Source: an uncultured Spirochaetota bacterium
GTDB lineage: Bacteria; Spirochaetota; Brevinematia; Brevinematales; JAOACQ01
Assembly: GCA_963768055.1 (NCBI GenBank)
Contig: CAVYGN010000001.1
Location: 608,001 to 672,000, forward strand
Direction: 5' to 3'
Length of the DNA stretch: 64,000 nt
The first letter of the stretch is position 1; every line of letters starts with the position of its first letter. Positions 41,841 to 52,536 of the stretch are shown here, in pieces. The notes under the pieces were generated by a model. It saw only the letters and a list, made by a program, of their open reading frames with translations. It was not told the DNA's origin and ran no database searches. A program made the translations under genes and the position numbers.

Positions 41841-42659
41841 GGTGAAAGTTCAAACACGAAGTGCTCCACCCTCTTAATCCGAAAATGGATTGGAGGGAAA
41901 AAGTGGCATACAAACAGTTAAGTTATGAAGAAAGAATCCAAATTGGGATTTTATTAAAAGGCAAAGATAAAATATTTATTAAATTTATTTCAAGGAGAAA
42001 CAGATGGGTATTTTAGTACGGTTCCGTTCCATATTCGTTCTTATGGCTTTTACATCTCTTTTCAGCGGATGCATGAACATAGCGACTCTAGGTATAGGCA
42101 AAGTTGTCAGGCCCGAGGAAAGCAAACATTATGAACCAAGAGGAGCCCTTGTCGTTTTATCGATTGACAGGGAAAAGTACTCATCGGCGACTACCTTTAT
42201 GCTTATGTTTTCAGATACTTCAAGCTTTTCAATGTATATTCCCAACGATGTAAATTATATACTTCTCGATGTCCCCTTCGGCTGTACGGGGATAGGCAGG
42301 ACAGGAGTCGTTTTCGAGACACAGGTCCCCTCGGAGTGGTTCGATCCTGTATGCAAGTTCAAACTTGAATCGAACAAGATAAATTATCTGGGCAGATTTG
42401 TTCTTGAACAGGACAACACCCAGGCAAGTTGGGATACGATGTATATTACTAATACGCTGGCGCATGACAAACTCGAGATACTCGATTTATTTCCCTCGTT
42501 ATCCAACATGGAATTTATAAACGTATCCGTGACTAACGGCCGTTTCAAGACAGAATAGCTCCAGGGGTGTTAATGAAAGGCCTAGGAAACGTCATAAATT
42601 TAAAACGCCGAAAATGGTTATAGATCAGGGTGGTGCACTTCAGGCTTGAATGTGCCGCC
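41841..42659 (+). mobile_element. IS30-derived non-autonomous element carrying a passenger gene
   Basis: IRs ttcaaacacgaagtgctccacc and (reverse complement) ttcaagcctgaagtgcaccacc; transposase stubs AYKQLSYEERIQIGILL and LNERPRKRHKFKTP. Confidence 0.75.
42004..42558 (+). CDS. Putative lipoprotein (passenger)
   Basis: RBS aaggag; lipobox FSGC; F.L..NKINYLG. Confidence 0.8.
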   Translation: MGILVRFRSIFVLMAFTSLFSGCMNIATLGIGKVVRPEESKHYEPRGALVVLSIDREKYSSATTFMLMFSDTSSFSMYIPNDVNYILLDVPFGCTGIGRTGVVFETQVPSEWFDPVCKFKLESNKINYLGRFVLEQDNTQASWDTMYITNTLAHDKLEILDLFPSLSNMEFINVSVTNGRFKTE

Positions 42660-42836
42660 CCTGCCAGCATCCCTTAGCGTTTTGTAGGCTAATTGGTGAA
42701 TGCTTAATTTTCACATAATGTTCAAAATTCTATTACAATCGAATGTTATACTTTAATATGTAGCAATGGAAATCACATACACCTGTTTGAATATTGTTGG
42801 GGAGTTTGATAAAATAATATAATTATCGAGGTGAAA

Positions 42837-43523
42837 ATGAGCATGTCAAAGAATAAAATTCTAATAGCCGATGATGAACAGAGAATGCTCAGGCTGATTT
42901 GCGATTATCTCAGAAAAGATGGATTTTTCCCTATTCCGGCAGAGAACGGAAAGATTGCCTTGAACCTGTATCTGGAAAATACGGATATAGACCTGGTCAT
43001 ACTGGATGTTATGATGCCGGAAATGGACGGCTGGTCCGTCTGCCGCGAGATCAGGAAATTAACGAAAGTTCCGATTATTATGCTAACGGCCAGGAGTGAG
43101 GAAGCTGACGAATTATTCGGTTTTGAACTTGGGGCTGACGAATATGTAAAAAAACCGTTTAGCCCTGGCGTGCTGGTAGCCCGCGTAAGGGCATTACTGC
43201 GCAGAGCATCAATGGACGAGTCGGAAAAAATTCTGGAATACGGCGGGCTTATACTCGATCCTGAAAGGCATTCGATTTTAGAAGACGGGAAGGTACTTGA
43301 ACTCTCCCCGAAAGAATATGATTTACTGTTCTATCTGGTAAAGAATGCGGGAGCGGCTTTAAGTAGGGCACGAATCTTATATTCCGTTTGGGGTAATGAT
43401 TATTACGGCGACGGAAGGACAGTGGATACCCACATAAAATGCCTCCGGAAAAAACTTAAACAATCCGCCGGTAGAATTGAAACGATCCGAGGATTTGGAT
43501 ACCGTTTTCAGGATAAAGCATGA
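42837..43523 (+). CDS. OmpR-family response regulator
   Basis: REC LDVMMP..DG, KPF; winged-helix TVDTHIK.LRKKL...GFGY. Confidence 0.95.
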   Translation: MSMSKNKILIADDEQRMLRLICDYLRKDGFFPIPAENGKIALNLYLENTDIDLVILDVMMPEMDGWSVCREIRKLTKVPIIMLTARSEEADELFGFELGADEYVKKPFSPGVLVARVRALLRRASMDESEKILEYGGLILDPERHSILEDGKVLELSPKEYDLLFYLVKNAGAALSRARILYSVWGNDYYGDGRTVDTHIKCLRKKLKQSAGRIETIRGFGYRFQDKA

Positions 43524-44989
43524 AAATCAGGAACAAGCTGTTCATTGGGATTTCGATACTTGTCCTGCTTTTTATATCACTGGCTGTTTTCTTCAATCAA
43601 ACTTTTTTATTATCATTCTATATCCGTGAAACCCAAACGAAACTCATCGTAGACGCGAAAAACATTGATTCCCGATACAATGGAAATATCACGGATGCCT
43701 TACCGGATTTACGTACGATAGAATGGAATTCCGGAATCCATATAGAAATCATTGATAGGTATCTTGAATTGAAATATATGACTCATGGTGAGGATCATGG
43801 TATAGGTCCGGACCCGGAACAGAAGCTAAGGCCCGATATGCCGATCCCTCCCTTCAGAAGGGAATTTTTAAATAAATTAAGGAATAATGAAAGGGGGTAT
43901 TATGCATTTCAGGATAATCCCGGGCCGGATAAGCTGATCTCCTTTATCGATTGCGGATATATATTAAATAACGGAGATATACTCATTTTAAGCCGGCCTC
44001 TTGCGGAGTTAAAAGAAAGCGCCGGGGTGGCGAACCGTTTTTTAATGCTTTCCGGATTTATTATATGCCTGATCGGGATTATGGCTGTATATGTATTATC
44101 CAGAAGGTTTACCAGGCCGATTATTGAGCTGAGGGATATGGCTCATGATATGGCAGGACTGAATTTTAGCCATAAGTTCATTGTACATTCCAACGATGAA
44201 ATAGCCGAGTTAGGTAAAAGCATCAATTCATTGTCAAGACAGCTTAACCTTTCTATTAACGAATTGAATATTGCCAACCTGAAACTTCGTGAGGATATTG
44301 ACAGGGAAAGAAAGCTTGAGGAGATGAGGAGGGACTTTGTTTCAAGCGTATCCCATGAATTAAAAACCCCAATCGCCTTAATAATGGGATACGCGGAGGG
44401 TTTGAAAGACGGAGTTGCAAAGAGAAAAGACCGCGATTATTATTGCAGCGTGATCATGGACGAATCTAAAAAACTGGACCTCCTGCTCAAGGACTTGCTC
44501 GACCTTTCCCAGTTCGAGTCTGGCGTTTTCAGGCTATCGATAAAACAATTCGACCTTAAGGAAAAGCTTGAAGAAATTCTTCAGAAATATACCCTGCTTA
44601 TAAACGATAAAAAAATAAAATTGACGCTTGCTGCTCAAATCACTGCAGTAAAGGCGGATCCTTCGAGGATAGAACAGGTCATCGTTAATTACCTGAATAA
44701 TGCAATAGATCATTGTGAAGGGGAGAGAAGGATTCATATACGGATTGAAAAATCCGGAGATTTCGCCGAATTCGCCCTGTTTAATTCCGGAAAACCTGTC
44801 CCAGAAGAAGCCCTGGAGAAGATCTGGCTGCGATTTTATAAAACGGATTCTTCCCGAAGCCGTTCATTCGGCGGTACCGGACTTGGCCTTGCTATCGTCC
44901 GGGCTATCCTTGAGCTTCACAATGCCCCTTTCGGAGTCCGGAATCTTTCGGACGGAGTGGAGTTTTATTTCAGGCTGAAAATTTCATAG
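43520..44989 (+). CDS. HAMP sensor histidine kinase
   Basis: SHELKTP, NYLNNA, GGTGLGLAI. Confidence 0.95.
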   Translation: MKIRNKLFIGISILVLLFISLAVFFNQTFLLSFYIRETQTKLIVDAKNIDSRYNGNITDALPDLRTIEWNSGIHIEIIDRYLELKYMTHGEDHGIGPDPEQKLRPDMPIPPFRREFLNKLRNNERGYYAFQDNPGPDKLISFIDCGYILNNGDILILSRPLAELKESAGVANRFLMLSGFIICLIGIMAVYVLSRRFTRPIIELRDMAHDMAGLNFSHKFIVHSNDEIAELGKSINSLSRQLNLSINELNIANLKLREDIDRERKLEEMRRDFVSSVSHELKTPIALIMGYAEGLKDGVAKRKDRDYYCSVIMDESKKLDLLLKDLLDLSQFESGVFRLSIKQFDLKEKLEEILQKYTLLINDKKIKLTLAAQITAVKADPSRIEQVIVNYLNNAIDHCEGERRIHIRIEKSGDFAEFALFNSGKPVPEEALEKIWLRFYKTDSSRSRSFGGTGLGLAIVRAILELHNAPFGVRNLSDGVEFYFRLKIS

Positions 44990-45051
44990 ATTTCACTTAT
45001 CATTCACAAATCGTTCACGATACTATCACAAATATGCGTTATAGTGCCGTT

Positions 45052-46245
45052 ATGAAAAAAATAATATCAATAATTTTTATTATTATCGCGGCCGGTTCTG
45101 TCGGCGGGTATATTCTTTTCAATTCAGGCAGGGCTAAAAATCCATATGAGATTGCGGAAATCGAAAGGGGAGACCTCTCCGAAAATATTTCCTGCACGGG
45201 AAACCTTAAACTGAGGAATTCCGTGGTTGTTAATTTCAAGATATCCGGTACAGTTGCTGAGGTGATGGCCGATTTCAATCAAAAAATCAGGAAAGGACAG
45301 CCACTGGCTTCCCTGGATAAAACCCTCCTGAAACTGGCTGTTCAGACGGCGGAGGCGGGCCTTCATTCAGCACAGAACCAGATTGTCCAGGCTAAAAAAA
45401 ACTATGAGGATACGAAATTCCTTTTCGATAAAAATTTCAAATCACAGTCAGACCTTGATACAGCGAAGATAAACCTTGATACGGCACAGATTAATTTGCA
45501 GACAAGCCAGATCAGCCTGGATAGCGCGAAAGCGAACCTTATGTTTGCAGTGATCTATTCGCCCATTGACGGCATCGTCATCGAACGGAATATCGAGGCA
45601 GGACAGTCAGTAGCAAGCAGCGAGTTTAACACTGTCCTTATGACAAATTTTTTTCTTGCGAGCGACACAAGTAAAATACAGATTTTTGCTACAGTAGACG
45701 AAAACGATATTTCAAAAATCAAAAAAGGGCAGAAGGTCGTTTTTACCGTCCAGAGTTACCAGGATAAAACTTTTAAAGGCATTGTAAGCCAGATCCGCCT
45801 GAAGCCCATTGTTTCGGATAATGTTGTTGTATATACCATTGTTATGGACGCTGATAATCAGGATAATTTGCTTATTCCCGGTATGACTGCAACATTGAAC
45901 ATTGAGACGGATAGCCGCAAGAACATCCTTATGGTTCCTAATACTGCTCTTAAGTTCCAGCCGCCTACAGAAATATTTAGATTGCCACAAATAACCGGCG
46001 GGCAGGGAATGGCAGATCGTGATTTAGTCTGGACTTATAATGAAAAAACAGGAAAAATCAGGTCTGTTTTTGTAAAAACCGGTCTGACCGACGGTCAGAT
46101 GACAGAGATCTACTCTGAAGAATTAAAAGAAGGCATGAAAGTCCTGACGGGGCTTTCAGTAGCTGTTAATAATACTAAAATCGGGTCTAAGAGCATATTG
46201 AATTCAGTCAGCGGTCCGGGCGGCGGACCTCCTCCAGGAATGTAG
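45052..46245 (+). CDS. MacA-like efflux periplasmic adaptor
   Basis: ISGTV..V, SPIDGIV, VDENDI, PGMTA. Confidence 0.9.
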   Translation: MKKIISIIFIIIAAGSVGGYILFNSGRAKNPYEIAEIERGDLSENISCTGNLKLRNSVVVNFKISGTVAEVMADFNQKIRKGQPLASLDKTLLKLAVQTAEAGLHSAQNQIVQAKKNYEDTKFLFDKNFKSQSDLDTAKINLDTAQINLQTSQISLDSAKANLMFAVIYSPIDGIVIERNIEAGQSVASSEFNTVLMTNFFLASDTSKIQIFATVDENDISKIKKGQKVVFTVQSYQDKTFKGIVSQIRLKPIVSDNVVVYTIVMDADNQDNLLIPGMTATLNIETDSRKNILMVPNTALKFQPPTEIFRLPQITGGQGMADRDLVWTYNEKTGKIRSVFVKTGLTDGQMTEIYSEELKEGMKVLTGLSVAVNNTKIGSKSILNSVSGPGGGPPPGM

Positions 46246-46286
46246 GTAAAGGGAAATCTTGTTGACAACGAGATTGAAAGGAAAAT

Positions 46287-47507
46287 ATGGAATTATTAAA
46301 TTTTTTTAGCACAGCAGTCCGGTCGATTTTAAGGAATAAGATGCGCAGCTTTCTCACAATGTTAGGCATAATTATAGGCATCTCATCTGTGATAGTGATG
46401 GTTTCTATAGGTGCCGGTGCACAACAGGAGATAAAGGAGCAAATTTCAAGCATGGGTATAAACCTGATAACAGTATTCCCTGAAGCCTTCAGGAAGGGCG
46501 GAGTCAATCAGGGGGGAGGATCAGGTTCGCGCCTGAAGTACAGCGATGTAAAAAAATTAAAAAAACAGGCCAGGCTTCTTTCGGGAGTATCACCGCTGAT
46601 CCGGGCCGATGTCCAGGTGATTGGCGGCAAGGCTAACTGGAGTACGGTCATTTATGGGGTTTCCCCGGATTATCTGGCTATTCGCAGTATGAGTGTGTCT
46701 ATGGGAAGTGTGTTGGCCGATAACGATTTGAATGTCAATGCAAAGGTTTGTATTCTCGGCCAAACAGTCGCGACAAATTTATTCGGCAATACAAGTCCGG
46801 TTGGAAAAACGGTTCGGATAGGCCAGGTCCCGTTCCGGGTCATTGGAGTTTTTAGGCCAAAGGGATTTTCCGGCAGCGGGCAGGACCAGGATGATCTTGT
46901 TGTCGCACCTTATACAACAGTTCAGTACCGTCTGAGCCGTTTCCCTTTTCTCCAAATGATACTCTGTTCGAGTATATCCGGCGATAAAATGGAAGCTGCG
47001 CAAGCTGAAATAAGGTCTATTCTCCGCGAATCGCTTAAGATCCCCATAAGTTCTGATGACAGCTTCACTATACGTAGCCAAACAGAGGTCATATCAACGG
47101 CCACCCGGACTACAGGGGTTCTTGCAGTTTTTCTTGCCTCCATCGCGGGAATCTCACTACTTGTAGGCGGAATAGGCATCATGAATATTATGCTGGTTTC
47201 GGTAAAAGAACGTACAAAGGAAATTGGGATAAGGCTTGCAGTTGGGGCCAGAAAAAAAGATATTCTCCTGCAATTTCTTGTGGAAGCGGTGGTACTATGC
47301 CTGACAGGCGGTATTATAGGCATAGGGCTGGGTATAATAATTTCATTGATGGTCCGGGTATATATAGGATGGAATGTTGTCCTCCAGGCACATATAGTGA
47401 TTCTGTCTTTCGCATTTTCATTCTTCGTGGGTATCTTTTTCGGTTTTTATCCAGCCAGGCGGGCATCAGCCTTAACTCCTATAGATGCATTGAGATATGA
47501 ACCTTAA
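46287..47507 (+). CDS. MacB-like ABC permease without a fused ATPase
   Basis: RSFLTMLGIIIG, GGIGIMNIMLVSV.ERT.EIG. Confidence 0.92.
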   Translation: MELLNFFSTAVRSILRNKMRSFLTMLGIIIGISSVIVMVSIGAGAQQEIKEQISSMGINLITVFPEAFRKGGVNQGGGSGSRLKYSDVKKLKKQARLLSGVSPLIRADVQVIGGKANWSTVIYGVSPDYLAIRSMSVSMGSVLADNDLNVNAKVCILGQTVATNLFGNTSPVGKTVRIGQVPFRVIGVFRPKGFSGSGQDQDDLVVAPYTTVQYRLSRFPFLQMILCSSISGDKMEAAQAEIRSILRESLKIPISSDDSFTIRSQTEVISTATRTTGVLAVFLASIAGISLLVGGIGIMNIMLVSVKERTKEIGIRLAVGARKKDILLQFLVEAVVLCLTGGIIGIGLGIIISLMVRVYIGWNVVLQAHIVILSFAFSFFVGIFFGFYPARRASALTPIDALRYEP

Positions 47508-47652
47508 ATTATTATTACTCAAGGATTTTAGTAAGCTTAACTATAGGCAAGCTACCCTTAACATTTTTAGTGTAATACCTGGCAATGAGTGGATTTTGCC
47601 GGATTAATACCATTTTGCTGAAATTTAAGCTTTTTATAATAAGGAGACATCT

Positions 47653-48141
47653 ATGAGGATTTTAATTGTGGATGATGAAAGGGACACACAGGAAGATTTT
47701 TCAATTTCTCTGAAGCCAACAGGTTATGAGATTGTTGAAACCGATAACCCGAAAATAGCCCTGGATTTATATATTAAACAAGGCTTTGATCTGGTTATTT
47801 TAGATGTTAGTGTGCAAGATATGAGGGGAATCAAATTACTGTCAGAACTGCATGAATTAAATCCCAAAGTCCGTGTAATAATTGTAACTGCATACTGGGA
47901 TCTAGAAACAGTTAATTCAGCTATAAACAATTATACTGTTGCTCTTTTTGGAAAACCATTTGATTTCAAAACATTGGTAGATAATATCATTAGTATTGAA
48001 TTGGAAATTAAGAATGTGAACTATATTAAAATGAATTTCAAACAACTGGATAAAGAAATTGAAAAGCTGAGGAAGGCCTATGATGATCGGAAAAGATTGG
48101 ATAATAAAATGAGAGGGACCAACTATTTTGAGCCCAATTAA
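47653..48141 (+). CDS. Response regulator receiver protein
   Basis: ILIVDDE, LVILD, TAY, KPF. Confidence 0.85.
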   Translation: MRILIVDDERDTQEDFSISLKPTGYEIVETDNPKIALDLYIKQGFDLVILDVSVQDMRGIKLLSELHELNPKVRVIIVTAYWDLETVNSAINNYTVALFGKPFDFKTLVDNIISIELEIKNVNYIKMNFKQLDKEIEKLRKAYDDRKRLDNKMRGTNYFEPN

Positions 48142-48838
48142 AAATGATTCGATACTTACCCATCTTTCATTTTCCCCTCTCCATTTCCCGATAATTAAAG
48201 ATTATTCAAATAAATAATTCTCCTTATTATTATCGTGGGCATCAAGTATTAGATATAAAAATTGCTATAATGAGAATTGGATTTTCAGAATTATCAAGAC
48301 TAATATATTTATATAAAATGCAAAAACTTATAAAAGGAGAGAAATCGAGTTTTCACCGTGCAATATTTTTTCATGGAGTAGCACTTGCTTGTATTAGTGA
48401 TTTTATTTGTGAAAAAATAGAAATTGAAAAAAATGATAGGTTGTTGTTATTTGAGATTTGTATATCTATTAATATTGGAATTCTTTTAATTCATGATAAT
48501 TTTAATAATAAATATAATGAATATATTGAAATGTTAGAAAATAAAAAACAGGATTCTGAAATAGAAGTTTTTGGTTCAACATTAAATACTATTACATCTT
48601 TTCAATTATTAAATTGGGAATTTCCTGACTATTACTATAAACCAATTATGCTACTTGATACGGATCTTACAAAATCAATAGATAAAATAAATCATTTAGA
48701 AATTGATTTAACTGTCCGGGGCCACCCAGATTCCCCAGTAAAAAGGCAAAATAGGGCCATGAGATTCCCCACCCACCTTTTCCTGTTCAGAATCTAAAAA
48801 ATCAAACATACTCTCCGGAAAAAACCGGAGGGGAATGG

Positions 48839-50381
48839 ATGGGGTACAGATTTATGAACGAACAGGATTACTATGACATTTACAGACGATGGAAAGCCGA
48901 TCAAAGCATAAGTGAAATTTCCGAACAGGAAAACAGGGATAGGAAAACAGTCCGACTAGCGATTCAAAAAATTATCGATTACGGCTTTGAAAAGGCGGGA
49001 GAAACAATAAGCCGGGAAGAATTCCATCTGAAACGCCCCTTTGTAGGGCCTCCAAAAAATGAAAATAAGGCAAAGCATACTTGAACGATATAAAGATGAG
49101 CTGTACGGGCTCATAAATGACCCGAAAAACGGAATGAAACCCAAGACAGCCTTTGAAGTTGTCTGTATAAGGCATAATCTGGACATAAGCTATACAAGTT
49201 TCAAGAGATTCTCGATAAAGAGCGGCCTTACAGCTAAAGAATTAAAGGAAACCATCCGGATTGAAACTAACCCTGGTCAGGAGATCCAGCTTGACTACGG
49301 CAGGGCCGGCACAATGGAATACCTGGGGCACAACAAGATCGTGCAGTCTTTTATCGGAATAATGTCGAGTTCAAGGCTGCCATTTGTTCAATATGTCTAT
49401 TCACAAAACCAGGAATCATTCGTTGAAAGCAATGTGGATATGCTGGAGTTTTACGGCGGTGTGCCTGTAAGAATATCCCTGGACAATCTGAAAACCGGCA
49501 TCATATCACCGGACCTTTACGATCCTAAATATAATCAGGCATATGCTGATTATGCGGAGTATTACAATACTTTTCTTGATCCTTGCAGGGTAAGGAAACC
49601 AAAGGATAAAGCCAAGATAGAGAGAATGGTCCCTGTTGCCAGAGAGCTTTTCAGAAAACTTAAAGCCCTTAATCCCGGAGCCTCGTTAAAGGAATTAAAC
49701 ATCAAAGCTCTGGAATGGTGCAGGTATGAATACGGGATGAGGAACCATGGAACAACAGGTTTGAAACCAATAGAGGTATTTGAAACGATAGAGAAGCCCC
49801 TGCTTAAGAAGCTTCCTGAAGAAAGGTTTAAGACTCCCGTATGGAAAAAGGCCAAGGTACACCCGGACCAATTTGTCCAGTTCGAGAAAAAGAGGTATTC
49901 CCTGCCTCCCAGGTATCGTGGAGAGGAAGTCTTTGTCAGGAGAACCGGCAATTTAGTGAAGATCTTCTTCCAGTACAAACTTATCCGGGAATTTGTCGTA
50001 CCAAGAGGACATGCAGCATATGAAAAGACTGATTTTCCGGAGAATACAAGGGAGATGCTATCCGGGGGATACCCCAAGTATTTATTAGACCAGTCGAGGA
50101 AATACGGAGAAGCCGCATACCAGTTGATCTTTCAAATCCTTGCTGTTCATGCTAATCTGAATTGCCGGAGGGCCCTGGGGTTCTTAAGTGTAATGGAAAC
50201 ATTCTCGAAAGAAGAATACTTTAATAAAGTCTGTGAAAGAGCAATATCGGCAAAAATAACCGATCCCAAACTATTCAAAAGCTGGATGGAAAATGAAGGA
50301 AAGGATAAATAGGACACCCTGTTTGAAATTTCAGAAGAAGGGTCTGAAATGACCAGGGACGGCAGCTATTACTTTCAATAG
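48839..50381 (+). pseudogene. istA: IstA transposase with a frameshift near 49050 and an in-frame TAG at 50310
   Basis: QLDYG, LDNLK, KAKIER; the frame continues past TAG to RDGSYYFQ*. Confidence 0.85.
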
Positions 50382-50399
50382 AGATAATGAGGAGGAAAT

Positions 50400-51146
50400 A
50401 TGGAACATCAGAATCAGCTTGAGGCAAACTTAAGGAGGTTAAAGCTTCCTGGGATGCTATTCAACCTTCCTATGCGGATCAGGGAGGCTCAAGAATCAAA
50501 CCTGGACTATGGAGAATTTTTCTCTTTGTTAGTTCAGGATGAATTATGCCAGAGGGATAATAACATGCTCAAAAAGAGGCTGAGAGAAGCGAAGTTCGGC
50601 CAGGAAAACACTTTCGAGGGGTTTGATTTTAATTTCAATGAAAGCGCTATCCCTTCAAGGCTTATTCGTGAAATCGCGTCCTGCCGTTTCATGGATATGA
50701 GACAGTTTGTTGTCATCGCCGGGCCTCCCGGCATAGGTAAAACATGCATTGCAAAATCAGTCGGCCATGAGGCCTGCAGAAGAGGAAACACAGTTCTTTT
50801 CAAGAAAGCCGCGGTTCTTCTTGAAGACTTGAAAAGCGAAAAGCTTATGTTTAAGAATACTCTATTCAGAAAGTGTATTAAAACAGACCTCCTGATAATA
50901 GACGATTTCGGATTTAAAAAACTCGACAATGAAGAAACGGAATACCTATACCGGATTGTCGATGAAAGGCTTGGAAACAGGTCCATTATTCTGACAAGCA
51001 ACCGGCCTCCGGAGGACTGGCTGGCAATCTTCCCTGATCCTGTGATTGGAGGGGCTATGCTTGACCGCCTTGTTTCAGGCTCAATTAAAATCCTGGTAAA
51101 ATCCAAAGATGGAAAATCTTTCCGGAAGGAAGGGAAAACTATTTGA
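50400..51146 (+). CDS. istB: IstB ATPase
   Basis: GPPGIGKT, LLIIDDFG, TSN, AMLDRL. Confidence 0.95.
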   Translation: MEHQNQLEANLRRLKLPGMLFNLPMRIREAQESNLDYGEFFSLLVQDELCQRDNNMLKKRLREAKFGQENTFEGFDFNFNESAIPSRLIREIASCRFMDMRQFVVIAGPPGIGKTCIAKSVGHEACRRGNTVLFKKAAVLLEDLKSEKLMFKNTLFRKCIKTDLLIIDDFGFKKLDNEETEYLYRIVDERLGNRSIILTSNRPPEDWLAIFPDPVIGGAMLDRLVSGSIKILVKSKDGKSFRKEGKTI

Positions 51147-51797
51147 AAGTTTTATGATTTCTCTCTAAAATCAAGAACGGTATTTTTCAGGAAAAGGTGG
51201 GGAATCTCATGGCCCTGCCACTGGGGAATCTACCCGGTCCTCGACAATTTAACTAGAGCGAAAATTTTATATCTTTCTAATTTAATAGCAAAATTTAAAT
51301 ATATTAGCATTATTGATGATATTAACGATTATTCTATTTTAAAAGTCGATGATGATCAAATAGATAAAGCAAATAAAATTTGTAATGATTATTTTAAATG
51401 CGATATTGAAATTTTTTATCAAAAATATAATAATGATATACAAAAAAAAATTAAATATTATAAGGATAATTTTTAGCTAAAACTAATATGGAAAATCCGG
51501 ACGAAACATGCCAGGTATTCCGAGTGAAAAATGCCACCAAATATCAGTGTTTGTAGTATAATTTAAATACCCCGAAAGATCAAAAGAGCATACTCAAAAA
51601 AATCGTGTAAAATACCCATAAAAAGCATTGTGAATTTATGGCTGAATGATAATCACAAGCAGGATTCCTCCCTTCAATCCAAGCAGAAATTCAAATGGCG
51701 GGAAATGATTAAGGGGACTTTGAATAATCAATGGTTAAATTATAATTTGACATAAGCCATTATGTTGATGTAAAATAGATAATAAGGAGATGGCATT

Positions 51798-51998
51798 ATG
51801 CTAATTTCAGAAGTCATTATTGAAAATGAAACAGATAAATCCATTACTATATCTAAAAAAAGCTGGCGGAAAATCGAAAGTGAATTGAACAAAACTCAGA
51901 AAAATCTTAATAAAAATGATTTAAAGAAATTTATCGGTAAAATCAATTTATCAGAAGATCCGCTTAAATTTCAAAAAAGAATAAGAAATGAATGGTAG
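51798..51998 (+). CDS. Putative VapB-like antitoxin
   Basis: Ends DPLKFQKRIRNEW; overlaps the PIN gene. Confidence 0.75.
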   Translation: MLISEVIIENETDKSITISKKSWRKIESELNKTQKNLNKNDLKKFIGKINLSEDPLKFQKRIRNEW

Positions 51999-52347
51999 CT
52001 TGATTCTTCTTGACACAAATATCGTTCTTTATCTTTTGGGTAATAAATTTGAGTTAGAAAAGGTTCCTGAAGGCAAATATTGCATATCATTCATTACAGA
52101 GATGGAGTTATTATCATATCCGATGTTAAAGGATTCGGATGAAAAAGTAATTCGTAATTTCTTAAAATCAATTGATATTGTTGAGATGAATGATGTAATC
52201 AAAGAAAAAGCCATTTCATTAAGGAAGAAATATAATTTGAAATTACCAGATGCTATTATATGCTCGACAGCTTATACAGAAAATGCCCTTCTTTTAACAA
52301 ATGATGTTCAACTCAAAAAGATAAAAGAAATTGATGTTATTAAATAA
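51988..52347 (+). CDS. vapC: VapC PIN-domain toxin
   Basis: LLDTN, ITEMELL, LKLPDAII..TA, LLTND. Confidence 0.9.
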   Translation: MNGSLILLDTNIVLYLLGNKFELEKVPEGKYCISFITEMELLSYPMLKDSDEKVIRNFLKSIDIVEMNDVIKEKAISLRKKYNLKLPDAIICSTAYTENALLLTNDVQLKKIKEIDVIK

Positions 52348-52536
52348 GCCCCCCATAGCTTCCATTTTTCCGCATCTTAACACAACAAAATTTCATATAT
52401 CAAAGCAATTCGGAATGCCGGGACCAGGGCAGAATGACAGAATTCAGGGGATATTTTAAAACAATAAATAATGGACTTTTATTTTGTTCGATAATAAAGT
52501 AATGGCAATAATTTGTGATTTTTTTAGGGGCATAAT

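Larger units (their letters stand above)
48713..51246 (+). mobile_element. IS21-family insertion sequence
   Basis: TG...CA ends with internal agattcccca repeats; 7-bp duplication ATTTAAC (48706-48712 and 51247-51253). Confidence 0.95.
48270..51476 (+). pseudogene. HDOD-like domain gene interrupted by IS21
   Basis: RIG..EL, HGVALA, NIG.LL, E.EVFG, WEFP; the frame resumes after the IS as RAKILYLSN. Confidence 0.65.

Noticed and set aside
41386..41877. 163-aa ORF as a real gene
   Set aside because: Off-frame read-through of the duplicated kinase/macA fragment
51490..51540. Possible second IS21-type end (atgcca repeats)
   Set aside because: No partner end or transposase; too weak
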